This document shows positions 51,387-63,282 of a stretch of 64,000 bases of DNA, piece by piece; within the stretch, counting starts at the first letter, position 1, and each line of letters opens with the position of its first letter. Under the pieces are notes generated by a model that made no database searches, was not told the DNA's origin, and was given only the letters and a program-made list of their open reading frames with translations. A program made the position numbers and the translations under genes. The stretch spans positions 22,382,001 to 22,446,000 of the forward strand of contig OX597824.1 of NCBI GenBank assembly GCA_951406725.2. Reading direction: 5' to 3'. The stretch comes from Octopus vulgaris (taxonomy: Eukaryota).

Positions 51387-52290
51387 AAAAAATCCCTGGT
51401 ATTATTAAATAAACTTTTCCCCATAAACCACAGGTACAGCAAGATTTTTAATAAACACTTCATAAGGATTTTGTACAACTGTTGTACACCAAGAACTCAT
51501 TCCCAGTTGTAGCAGTCCAGACCCCGAAACTTGCTCGCTTCATGAGTCATATTTGATAAATGCAGTTGTTTTTGAAGGTGAAGTTACAGCAGTGCTCCAA
51601 AACAATGTAATTGGGAAGAAAAACTATATTGGTTTACGCGAAGGCAATTTTAAAAGCCATTATACAAACCACCAGTCTTCTTTCTGACACATTAATAAAA
51701 ATAAAACCACTAAGTTGGCTAGCCATGACGGGATCTGAAGACCAAATTCACAACACATACAATCAAGTGAAAACCCATGAGTGGCTGTGGGGTAAGTATC
51801 TTGCTTACGAACCACATGGTTTCGGGTTCAGTCCTACAGCATGGCACCTTGGGCAAGTGTCTTCTACTATAGCTTTGAGCCGACCAAAGCCTTGTGAGTG
51901 GATTTGGAAGACGGAAACTGAAAGAAGCCCGTCGTATATATGTATATGTGTGTGTATATGCTTGTGTGTTTGTGTTTGTCCCCCAACATCGCTTGACAAT
52001 CAATGCTGGTGTGCTTACATCCCTGAAACTTAGCGGTTTGGCAAAAGAGACTGATAGAATAAGTACTAGGCTTACAAAGAATAAGTCCTGGGGTCAATTT
52101 GCTTGACTAAAGGCGGTGCTCCAGCATGGCCGTAGTCAAATGACTGAAACAAGTAAAAGAGTAAAAGAGTAAGAGTATGGATCAAAGAGATGCAAATTAT
52201 GTGGAGCAGGAAGATCGCACATTCTTAATTCCAGATCCAAAATTTTCAGCAAATGCAAACACATGGACAAATTTTTGTTGAACTGCAAGA
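51387..52290 (+). pseudogene. Penelope-like element C-terminal/GIY-YIG endonuclease remnant, interrupted by a SINE A
   Basis: LLNKLFPINHRYSKIFNKHFIRILYNC; CSSPDPETCSL..YLINAVVFEGEV...KKNYIGLREGNFKSHYTNHQSSF*H...TKLASH; after the SINE, YGSKRCKLC...ILNSRSKIFSKCKHMDKFLL. Confidence 0.85.
51779..52176 (+). mobile_element. SINE family A inserted in the Penelope relic
   Basis: GAGT shared at both junctions. Confidence 0.9.
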
Positions 52291-52710
52291 CACAATCCAC
52301 TCTGGACTGAGTAACACTCTCACAGACTTTGACCTCCTTTCTGTCATTTTATTCAACACCAGTTATGTTAATTATGGCTTCTATAGTCAAAGAGGACAAA
52401 GATCTTGTTTTTTCTTTTTCACCTTTCTTTTCTTTCTTCTCATTCCACTTTTTGCATCAACATTCTTTGTGATTTTATTTCTTGTTTTTGTTTTTCCTGT
52501 TTTCTCATAGACCAGTGTCCTGGTTTTTAAATACATCTAACCTTATGCATTGAGGTTGAAAGATTGTTTGGAGTCACATGGCATGTTATATAAATCTGTC
52601 AAATTATTGTATCTCTACAGTATGGAACTATGAGCAACCCTTTTTTAAAATTGTGTATATTAAATATTTTTCTCTCACAGGATGCTCTCTCTTTACTCTT
52701 TTACTCTTTT

Positions 52711-52877
52711 ATGGAAGGGCAGCGGTGCCAAATTCACAAAGTATGGAAGGCCAGTGGTGCCAAAATCACAAAGTATGGAAGGCCAGCGGTGCCAAATTCA
52801 CAAAGTATGGAAGGCCAGTGGTGCCAAAATCACAAAGTATGGAAGGCCAGCGGTGCCAAAATCACAAAGTATGGAAA
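52711..52877. repeat. 32-bp minisatellite, 5+ copies
   Basis: ATGGAAGG(G/C)CAG(C/T)GGTGCCAAA(T/A)TCACAAAGT at 52711, 52743, 52775, 52807, 52839 and 52871 (partial); no spacers. Confidence 0.95.
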
Positions 52878-53394
52878 GCCATTTTTGGGTAAAATTTTCA
52901 GTGTAAATTTTCGGAAAATTTTGGTGAAAATTTTCGACAAATTATTGGGTAAAATTTTCGGGACTTATTCTTTTTGTAAGCCAAGTACTTATTCTATTGG
53001 TCTCTTTTTGCCAAACCGCTAAGTGATGGGGACGTAAACACATCAGCATCAGTTGTCAAGCAATGCTAGGGGAACAAACACAGACATACAAACACACACA
53101 CATACATATATACGACAGGCTTCTTTCAGTTAGAGTACTTCTTTTGTTGATCCTACTCAAAATGGAACTGTAAGCTATATGAATATCTGCATAAATATAA
53201 CTATAAATATAAACTATAAAACGAACAGAATATATTCCTTTTATATTTTATTGTGCATTAGGCAATAAGGACCTCACATTGCATTATCAATAACTCATTT
53301 CAGTGATTCTTTTTAGCATTGGTTTTACTCATACACAATAAAGCAGCCACCAATATATATATATTTTTCAAAGTTATCATTATTATTATTATTA

Positions 53395-53700
53395 TTAAAA
53401 AGCACCATCCGAATGTGGCTGGTGCCAGCACCACCATGAGTGGCTTCCGTGCCAGTGGCACGTAAAAAGCACCATCCAATCATGGCTGTTGCCAGGCCCG
53501 TCTGGCACCTGTGCTGGTGGCACGTAAAAAGCACCCACTACACTCACGGAGTGGTTGGTGTTAGGAAGGGCATCCAGCTGTAGAAACACTGCCAGACCAG
53601 ACTGGAGCCTGATGCAGCCTTCTGGCTTCCCAGAACCCAGTTGAACCGTCCAACCCATGCCAGCATGGAAAATGGACGTTAACCGATGATGATGATGATA
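53395..53700 (+). mobile_element. SINE-like family C
   Basis: Family C body and (GAT)n tail. Confidence 0.8.
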
Positions 53701-53777
53701 TATATATATCATCAACACCGTACAAAATTCTGGTGCATCTAACTTAAGTACCCTATCCATTTGAATCTAAATTTTGC

Positions 53778-53820
<43 letters not shown>

Positions 53821-53859
53821 GGTGGCTGCTTTATTGCATATGAGTATATATATATATAT

Positions 53860-54156
53860 ATCACCATGACTGACCAGGCTATCAGATGTTGCTACACATC
53901 ACAGGTCACAATATGTTGCACAGTGTTTTAGCCTTCAAATGACGCCACCCGCTGGCTAAGCAAGCAGGCCAACAGAGGAAGAGTGAGAGAAAGTTGTGGT
54001 GAAAGAGTACAGCAGGGATCCCCCGCTTCCCCACCGGCGCCTCGTGGAGCTTTAGGTGTTTTCGCTCAATAAACACTCACAAAGCCCGGTCTGGGAATCG
54101 AAACCACGATCGTACGACCGCGAGTCCACTGCCCTAACCACTGGGCCATTGCGCCT

Positions 54157-54158
<2 letters not shown>
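53860..54158 (-). mobile_element. SINE family D variant with RTE-type tail
   Basis: Same structure as 16018-16311. Confidence 0.8.
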
Positions 54159-54195
<37 letters not shown>

Positions 54196-54432
54196 GGGTG
54201 GCAAGCTGAATCGTTTGCATGCTGGGCAAAATGCTTAGCGGTATTTCATCTGCTGTTACGTTCTGAGTTCAAATTCCGCTGAGGTCGACTTTGCCTTATA
54301 TACTTTCAGGGTCGATTAAATAAGTACCAGTTACGCACTGGAGTCGATGTAATCGATTTAATCCCCTTGTTTGTCTCTTCTATGTTTATCCCCTTGTGGG
54401 CAATAAAAATATATATATATCTACATACACAT

Positions 54433-54548
54433 ATACAAGGTGGTATCAAAAAATTTAAGTACTAGTAGGTTTAATAAAAAATAACTTATGTACCAAAGTA
54501 TTAATGTCATCTCTTTCAAAATAGTCACCTTGCACAGAATACATTGGC
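54433..54548 (-). mobile_element. Mariner 3'-end fragment
   Basis: Minus strand ...SVQGDYFE... (mariner C-terminal GDYFE motif), followed by a TIR-like end at TA. Confidence 0.6.
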
Positions 54549-55624
54549 ACAAACAGAGACACGCAAACGTATGTATATATATATATATATGTTGGGCTTC
54601 TTTCAGTTTTTGTCAACGAAATCCACTAACAAGGCTTTGGTTGGCCTCGGGCTATAGAAAAAGACACTTGCCCAAGTTGCCACGCAGTGGGACTGAACCA
54701 TGTGGGTAGGAAGCAAGTTTCTTACCGTACAGCCACATATATATGCATATATGCAAATTTATATATAAATACATAGACACACCCTTGTACACACACACAC
54801 GCACTCATGCACACACAAACACACACACATGCACACATATACACGCACGTATGCACGTGTACATACGTATATATACAGATATTGATATAGACATAAACAT
54901 GGGCAGACAGACAAACAGACGGACGGACAGATAGGCAGATAAAATATAACAGAATTGAGGGAGACAGGTTGTGGTTTGCATCGACAAACTCCTCACGGCA
55001 ATTACGCTGCAGTCTCTCTGTGAAAGTCTTTGGCAGTAATGAAGTCAATGAAATAGTAAGTAAGATTCAAATAATAGGCAAAGCATTTATATTACGTCTT
55101 CTGAATTCATTCTTTTCTATTATAGCTCATAATAATTATAAATTCCGTCGATTTGATTTCTAACGTAGCTGATGAAAGGGAGGTAACTGTAATTGACAAC
55201 CCACCTCCTTATTTCAAGGGGCGTAACTCCAATGTCATTGCGGCTCGGAAATTTGGGTTTTCATTCAGTCGTGTGTGTGCGTGCGTGCATGTGTGTGGCG
55301 TGTATGTATGTGCTTACGTGTGTGTGTATGTGTGTGTGCTTACGCGTGTGTGCTTACGTGTGTATGTCTGTAAATACGTATGTATGAATTCTTTTACTTG
55401 TTTCAATCTTTTAACTGCGGCTATACTGGGGCATTGTCTTTAGTCGAGCAAATCGATCCTAGGACTTATTCTTTGTAAGCCTAGTATTTACTCAATCACT
55501 CTCTTTTTGCTAAACCTCTAAGTTACGGGGACGTAAACACACCAGCATCGGTTGCCAAGCGATGTTGTGGGCACACACACAGACACACACACACACACAC
55601 ACATACACACATATATACATATAT

Positions 55625-55670
<46 letters not shown>

Positions 55671-56899
55671 GATGGGTTTCTCTTAGTTTTCGTCTTCCAA
55701 ATTCACTCACAAGGCTTTGGTCGGCCTTCTGCTATAGAAGAAGACACCTGCCCAAGGGGCCTATTGGTATTTCGTCTGCTACTACGTTCTGAGTTCAAAT
55801 TCAGCCGAGGTCGACTTTGCCTTTCATCCTTTCGGGGTTGATTAAATAAGTACCAGTTACGCACTGAGGTCAATATAATCGACTTAATCCCTTTGTCTGT
55901 CCTTATTTTTCCCCTCTTGTAGGCAGTAAAGAAATAAGAAACGTTAGCACGCCGGGCGAAATGCTTAGCAGTATTTCGTCTGTCTTTACGTTCTGAGTTC
56001 AAATTCCGCCGAGGTCGACTATGCCTTTCATACTTTCGGAGTCGATAAATTAAGTACCAGTTGCCTGGCCCCCTCCGGCAAAATTTCGTGCCTTATGCCT
56101 AGAATAGAAAAGATTTTTTCGAGTTTTGCACAGCAACAAGGGAAATAATTCAATATATCCTTTTAATTATATTGGAGTTCTCTCCCTTGAACTTCAAACC
56201 TTCTCGGGCATTGAGAATAAATTTTATTTGTACATAAAGGGTTGCAAAAAAGAAGAAAAAATATGATAGGAGAACAAAAAATGAAAACGGCAAAAGTGGG
56301 TTTACGGAAGGACTTTCAGAAACTGACGTCCAGGGTAATATAAAAAAAAAGCGATTCAGCGTAGAGGTTTATGTGAAGCCTGATGGGTAAGGTAAATTCA
56401 ATAATACAAGGAGTGATGAGGGAATGCGTGATGAGTGAATCAGAAGTACTTCAGAATACACGTGACCAACAAGTCCGAAGAACAGAAGCCCCTACAAAGA
56501 AGGTATAGAGAAGATAGAGAAGGATGACAGCATGATAGATCCCTGGGACAGAGAGAGGGGAGAAGGAGAACGAGAGGGAAGGAGAAAGAGATAGGCACAG
56601 AGAAAGAGAGAGAAACAGACAGAGACAAACATTGATAGAGACAAAGAGACAGAGACAGAGACAGACAGATAGACAGACGGAGAGAGATAGCGAGGGACAG
56701 GTGGAGGTAGACTGAGGAAGACAGAGATGGGGAAGAGACAGACAAACAGATAGACAGACAGAAAGAGCAGAATGACAGATAGAGAGTGGGTGAGAGAAAG
56801 AAACAGAGAGAGAGAGAGAAAGAGAGAGAGAAGAGAAAGAGAGAGATTGAAGAGTTTGGTGAGATTAAGATCTAGTTTTGTGGAAGGAGGGAGTTCTAT

Positions 56900-57620
56900 G
56901 AGGGTAATAGCAGGGACATTGTGACGGCCGGTGGCCTTGTTTCTTTGAAGCGACTGAAGTTAATTTCGCACGTGGCCAAAGAAATGGAAAAGAATAATTT
57001 GGAAGGTATTTAATTAGTGTGAAGGCGGCGAGCTGGCAGAGACGTTAGCACGCCGGGCGAAATGCGTAACCGTATTTCGTCTGCCGTTACGTTCTGAGTT
57101 CAAATTCCGCCGAGGTCGACTTTACCTTTCATCCTTTCGGGGTCGATAAATTAAGTACCAGTTACGCACTGGAGTCAATGTAATCGACTTAATCCCTTTG
57201 TCTGTCCTTGTTTGTCCTCTCTATGTTTAGCCCCCTGGTGGGCAATAAAGAAATATAATTAGTGTGTGTAGTGTGGGGTGAATGCAAAAGCGAAGGTTTT
57301 CTTCAAAGAAGTTCTACTTACAAAGTCATTAGAAATGAGAAGTGAAGCGATGGGTGAGGGTTGGGGTCGAGAAGTTTCTAGGGATCCCTTTGACAAAGTC
57401 ACCGAAAAAATCGGGTTGCAGTTAGGAAAGCAGGAGGGTCGCTAGTTGTGCAGGAATACGAAGAATTGTATGGCTAGATTTCTTTTTGTCGTCCGAGGTA
57501 GCTTTTGAGTTTCCCACTCTCCTTCCATCCCCTCCGTTGGCCCTCAGGCTTGTACAAGCTTATACTGCAGAGCCAAAAGTACCGTCCCCATAAAAGCGAC
57601 GGCAGGAGTGAACCCTAAAC
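56900..57620 (-). pseudogene. Possible decayed gag/ORF1-like retroelement remnant interrupted by a SINE B
   Basis: Higher-GC unique sequence with stop-ridden frames; KKQGHRPSQCP resembles the second half of a zinc knuckle. Confidence 0.3.
57024..57255 (+). mobile_element. SINE family B monomer, full length
   Basis: 11-bp TSD TAATTAGTGTG (57011-57021 and 57256-57266). Confidence 0.9.
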
Positions 57621-58254
57621 CCCCAATGATACTTCTTTCAGGTGTAGATTATAATGGCCTTTTGCAGGAAGTGAGTGTTGGATATTGGTAAAAGCCGTTT
57701 ATTTTAAGCCTTTCCGTATGCGCTGTTTTTTTGCTTGACTGAACAACTGCGACGTATTTATGAATGAAGAACTTAAGAGCTTTGATTGTGCGTGGGATAT
57801 GGAGAAACATATCTGAGAGGATAAACAAGCAGAGGTATACCCAATAACATACAATGATTTATTAAGATTATCTCTGCTTCTAAAGGTTGTATCATAATTA
57901 CAAATGGCGAACTCACTTGTCAGTAGATAAAAAAAAAAGTGGGTTAATATACAGTTTGTCGCCGCATAAAGTGAAAGGTAAACGTGCTAAAACAAAATGA
58001 AAGTAAATTGCGATAGAAAGACGCCCGCTGTGAAGAAACTTAGGCGTCAGTGACGAGCAAGTGATTGTTTATTTAATTCATGTCTTGAAAATGTGCAGCG
58101 AAGCAAATTTAGAGATCGTGAAAAACGTTTCACGAATTGCATTTTGTACATCAAATCGGGAAGAAGAGTTCGATGGCCCGCAAGGTCTGTTCAAGTCTTT
58201 CGAGTAGGTTCAAACTCTTCACCTACCCATCTTCTGAATTGGAATGTCCACATT

Positions 58255-58665
58255 GGCGCAGGAGTGTCTGTGTGGTAAGTAGCTTGCTAACCAACCACAT
58301 GGTTCCGGGTTCAGTCCCACTGCGTGGCATCTTGGGCAAGTGTCTTCTACTATATCCTCGGGCCGACCAATGCCTTGTGAGTGGATTTGGTAGACGGAAA
58401 CTGAAAGAAGCCTGTCGTATATATGTATATATATATATAAGTGTGTGTGTATATGTTTGTGTGTCTGTGTTTGTCCCCCTAGCATTGCTTGACAACCGAT
58501 GCTGGTGTGTTGACGTCCCCGTCACTTAGCGGTTCGGCAAAAGAGACCAATAGAATAAGTACTGGGCTTACAAAGAATAAGTCCCGGGGTCGATTTGCTC
58601 GACTAAAGGTGGTGCTCCAGCATGGCCGCAGTCAAATGACTGAAACAGGTAAAAGAGTGAAGAGT
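58255..58665 (+). mobile_element. SINE family A
   Basis: Full-length young copy. Confidence 0.9.
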
Positions 58666-59094
58666 AACGAAAAACATCTTTATGAACCTTTACTAAACAT
58701 TTCACAAACGAACCTTTTTCCACGAACATTTTTTTTCATTTTTCTGTCAATTCCCTGCATGTACGTATGGTTAGTTTTCTTTTTAAAATGTTTTTCTCCT
58801 TGTATGCTTACACACACTTACACCACTCATATTCACATGTGTGCTTATCACTTGATCTCTGCGCTTACTGAAAGACACCTTACCTTTATTAGACCTTTAG
58901 TGGGTCACGCAAGCAATAAAGTTTCACATCTCTTTCAACGCTCCAGCATATTACATTTATGTGTCCGCCTAGGCATATCATATTGCCTAACCTATTGCAC
59001 ACACACCAACACTGCACTTTAATTCTTTGCCTTATATTTTTATATTTCTTTCACTTCCCATGTTTTTGACATGTATTCATTTGTCTTTAATTTA

Positions 59095-59707
59095 CACTCT
59101 TTTACTCGTTTCAGTCACTTGACTGTGGCCATGCTGGAGCACCGGCTCTTTGGTCTAGTAAATCGACCCCAGGACTTATTCTTTGTAAGCCTAGTACTTA
59201 TTCTATCGGTCACTCTTTTGCCGAACCTCTAAGTAACGGGGACGTAAACACACCAGCAGCGGTTGTCAAGCGATGTTGGTGGGGGACAAACACAGATAAA
59301 CACACACACATATCTCTTTTACTTGTTTCAGTCATTTGACTGCGGCCATGCTGGAGCACCGCCTTTAGTCGAGCAACTCGACTCCGGGACTTATTCTTTG
59401 TAATTCCAGTACTTATTCTATCGGTCTCTTTTTGCCGAACCGCTAAGTGACGGGGACATAAACACACCAGCATCGGTTGTCAAGCAATGCTAGGGGAACG
59501 AACACAGACACACAAACACACACACATACATATATATATACATATATACGACGGGCTTCTTTCAGTTTCCGTCTACCAAATCCACTCACAAGGCATTGGT
59601 CGGCCCGAGGCTATAGTAGAAGACACTTGCTCCAAGGTGCCACGCAGTGGGACTGAACCCGGAACCATGTGGTTGGGAAGCCAGCTACTTACCACAAAGC
59701 CACTCCT
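59095..59707 (-). mobile_element. SINE family A, full copy (59313-59707) plus partial copy (59095-59312)
   Basis: Family A match, inverted relative to 58255-58665. Confidence 0.9.
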
Positions 59708-59812
59708 ATTTTTCTTCATTGCACACGAAATCACATTTCCAATATCACACGGATCTGTATCGTTCGATCCTTGTGGCTTTCTCGCTAGAAGTGGGGTAAT
59801 GTAAAAACTAAC

Positions 59813-59953
59813 TTTCTCCGAGCTTAGATTCGAAACGGAACCCAAGGATTTTCGCTCGTCTGATCCACCACTGACCAAACAGGCGCGAAAGAAATATTTT
59901 AGTCCTGTCAAAAAATGATGGATCGTTTCCCTTTGACCTCCGACCTCAGCCAT
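59813..59953 (-). CDS. Probable first coding exon of an unidentified host gene (MAEVGGQRETIHHFLTGLKYFFRACLVSGGSDERKSLGSVSNLSSEK, phase 0)
   Basis: Unique, CpG-retaining sequence; Kozak-like GACATGG; 47 open codons ending at an AAA|GTTAGT donor; downstream of a CpG-rich promoter. Confidence 0.55.
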
Positions 59954-60003
59954 GTCAGGTGAAGTTCAAATGGACAAGAGTTGACCTATCTAGGTACAAT
60001 CTC

Positions 60004-60416
60004 GGATATTTTCGGTTTGAACGGCAGTTTTTTCTAGCGGTGTCATATGAAATTGTCACCCATAATTATGACCCTAGTATCGATCTATTGCATTTCAATC
60101 TGGGTTAGGGTTAGGGGTGGGGGGAAGGGTATCTTTTTTCTTCACAAATGTAAATAAACCCAATCTGTTTCTTAAACGAGGGACATATTCATACGGCACA
60201 GAATGTTTTTTACCTCAATAGACGTCATTGATTGGTTGAAATTGCAGAAATTGAAGAAAAAACAACAACAAATATCTTACAAACCATATAATTTTCTCAA
60301 TAAAGCCAAGAGAAAAAGATGTTTTATAAACACATCCTACCAGTATACGAAGTTTAAATTTTTTTAGTTACGTGGAAATTATTTTTAAAAAACTGCCGTT
60401 CAAACCGAAAAGATCC
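60004..60416. mobile_element. MITE with ~30-bp GG-terminal TIRs (Merlin-like), copy 1
   Basis: GGATATTTTCGGTTTGAACGGCAGTTTTTT...AAAAAACTGCCGTTCAAACCGAAAAGATCC; no TSD seen. Confidence 0.8.
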
Positions 60417-60883
60417 CAAATGGATTTCTGTTGCCGTATGTCTGTCCTTCTAGCTACCACAACTTGTTATAAAAACAGTAATTCGTAAAGGGACAGACAT
60501 AAAAGTCAGGGACGGAGAGAGACGCGCACGAGATACTCAGCCAGTAATTTCTCAGATATTCAACATGAACGACAGACGATATCCCAGAACCTAAACAGAC
60601 TCCACTAAATAACCAACGCACACACAGACACAAAACATATCCTGTTCTACACTACCACATTCATAATACGTATCGTGTTGATTTCTTCACCAGCTCGAAG
60701 CAGTTGGTAACGAATTGATGTAGTGAAGATTTGTATATTCAGCAAGCAAATGCAAGTGTCGTTTAAATAAATTATTTAAACTACAAACCGATGTTATTCC
60801 ATTATATACTTTGAAGTCGTATATATATTTATTTCATCTGCTACCTCAATATTTTCTGATACACCTTTTCCACTACAAGCCTC

Positions 60884-62094
60884 GGATCTTTTCGGTTTGA
60901 ACGGCAGTTTTTTTCTAGCGGTGTCATATGAAATTGTCACCCATAATTATGACCCTAGTATCGATCTATTGCATTTCAATCTGTTTTAGGGTTAGGGGTG
61001 AGGGAAGGGTGTCTTTTTTTTCTTCAGAAATGTAAATAAACCCAATCTGTTTCTTAAACGAGGGACATATTCATACGGCACAGAATGTTTTTTTTTACCT
61101 CAATAGACGTCAGTGATTGGTTGAAATTGCAGAAATTGAAGATCTTACGGTTAATATCTAGATCCGCACCCGGTTGGAAAAATGGAAACGAAAATGTGTA
61201 ACAGTTGTAAGGCATCGTATATTGACGGAATAAGACGGAAAAAAAGCGCGCTGACAAACGGGGGGGTTGGGTTGGGGGGAGGGGGCTCGGGAAATTCCCA
61301 GGATCAACCGTAGAGGATCCACGCCCAGGTGGCAAAAATGGAAAAAAATATGTGTAACAGGTGTAAGGCATCGTATATTGAATGAATATGACGAAAAAAA
61401 AGCGCGCTGACAAAGGGGGGGGGCTCGGAAAATTGCCTACGATTTAAAGAAAAATTTACCATCAATTTTCACCATTGTGTTTCTGATTCGCGACCCCATG
61501 TCGAATTTATCGATTTTTTTCAGAACTGGGGGAACTTTTCAAAATTTTCGCTGCGTTAGTTTTGAATTATGATATTGGGCTATGTGTGTGAAATGCGTTT
61601 AAAATGGTGAAAATTGATGGTAAATTTTTCTTTAAATCGTAGGCAATTTTCCGAGCCCCCTTCCCCCCCCCCCCCCCCGCCCGTTTGTCAGCGCGCTTTT
61701 TTTTCGTCATATTCCTTCAATATACGGTGCCTTACACCTGTTACACATATTTTTTTCCATTTTTGCCACCTGGGCGTGGATCCTCTACGGTTGATCCTGG
61801 GAATTTCCCGAGCCCCCTCCCCCCAACCCAACCCCCCCGTTTGTCAGCGCGCTTTTTTTCCGTCTTATTTCGTCAATATACGATGCCTTACAACTGTTAC
61901 ACATTTTCGTTTCCATTTTTCCCACCGGGTGCGGATCTAGATATTAACCGATCTTACAAACCATATAATTTTCTCAATAAAGTCAAGAGAAAAAAATGTT
62001 TTATAAACACATTTTCTACCAGTATACGAAGTTTAAAAGTATTTAGTTACGTGGAAATTATTTTTAAAAAATGCCGTTTAAACCGAAAAGATCC
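60884..62094. mobile_element. Same MITE, copy 2, containing a nested foldback element
   Basis: GGATCTTTTCGGTTTGAACGGCA...TGCCGTTTAAACCGAAAAGATCC; colinear with copy 1 outside 61149-61949. Confidence 0.85.
61149..61949. mobile_element. Foldback DNA transposon derivative (Merlin-like)
   Basis: 8-bp TSD GATCTTAC; GGTTAATATCTAGATCCGCACCCGG termini; ~330-bp inverted arms with internal direct subrepeats. Confidence 0.85.
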
Positions 62095-62352
62095 GTTTAC
62101 TTTGAAATCGTATATATATTTATTTCATCTGCTACCGCAACATTTTCTGATACACCTTTTTCCACTACAAGCCTCTTGCAAGAAGCAAATTAATTTTATA
62201 AGCGAGCTTGCTAATGCTTATGTAACGAATATGTGATATCTCCGCTTGCACTTTTGGGGTGCAAGTTGGTGCAATCACTTTCCGTTGCTTTTATATCCAG
62301 ACTCTACCAGTCAAAGAAACACAAAACGCAGACGTAAAAAAAATAGACATAC

Positions 62353-62705
62353 TTTATTGTTTTATACCGGTGAGAAATCAGTGGTATATCTGATGTCCAA
62401 AATGGCGTCCTGAGGAAGAAGATGATTTGACTGCAACAATTCAGGTTAAAAGTCTTCGGCCAAAGGACTGCTGCTATCAAAACCGGAGAGAGAGCGAATT
62501 AAACGTCTGCTTTGGTGAAATGCCTGCCGCTGTCTGTCGGACGCTAATGGTCAACCTTTACGCTCCCTTGCCTCTTTGTTAAGGCTCACACTCCCTTGCC
62601 TAAGGCCACGTCAGCAAGGCTGTCAGCTAAGGCCACGTCAGCAAAATTCCCTCTTTCGGACTTCGTGTATTCGCGAGAGGGCGTTGCGCGCGCGCGCGCT
62701 GTTGT
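62353..62705 (-). promoter_or_regulatory. CpG-rich promoter and probable non-coding first exon
   Basis: Two TGCTGACGTGGC motifs, TCTCGCGAA, a (GC)n run and AAAATGGCG (YY1-like); minus-strand donor AAA|GTATGT at 62352. Confidence 0.55.
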
Positions 62706-63282
62706 ATAGGATCACTTCACTACACTTATATTAAGAGGTAGGGAAATGTTTATAATCAGAGGAAACGAAAACCCAGAATCATAAATTTCTTTATGTTATG
62801 TAATAATAAGGAAGCCACAAGTATGATGTATGTGCTTTGTAAGTTATATTCACAAAAGTAATAAACGACTTATCTCCATGGTAACGATTTGGTGTTTTTC
62901 TTTTTTTTTTTTTTTTTTTTTTTCATACAACTTGAAGATGCAAGTGCCACCAGTTGAAAGTTCCACCTACTGGATGCTAGCAACTTCATGGGGTCATCAA
63001 GTAAAGAATATGCGTTGTTTCGGGGCCGACCTCCCGACGGCATCATTGCGCACCGGCCCCAATCGCTGAAATGCGGCCCCGCTTGTCAGATTGACTGCTT
63101 ATCGGGTTTCGTCCAATATTCTTCTAGCCATTGCTCATCGTCTCTTTTTCACCAAATCCAGTGGTTTGCCTTTTCCACTGTAAGTCCGGATATCATTCAT
63201 GGTGGTATTTGCTTTACGATGAGTTAGGTCTAACGATAACAACAGATACCTCACTCTGTGTCCAACGAAACCTCTACATTCA

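Noticed and set aside
51685-51687. In-frame TGA in the Penelope GIY-YIG as selenocysteine
   Set aside because: It lies at a usual Arg position (CGA>TGA decay), not a conserved Cys, and the element is otherwise frameshifted.
52711-52877. CRISPR-like 32-bp repeats
   Set aside because: Units are contiguous with no unique spacers, there are no cas genes, and the context is eukaryotic.
60101-60116. Telomeric TTAGGG repeats
   Set aside because: Only about two units, and they are internal to both MITE copies.
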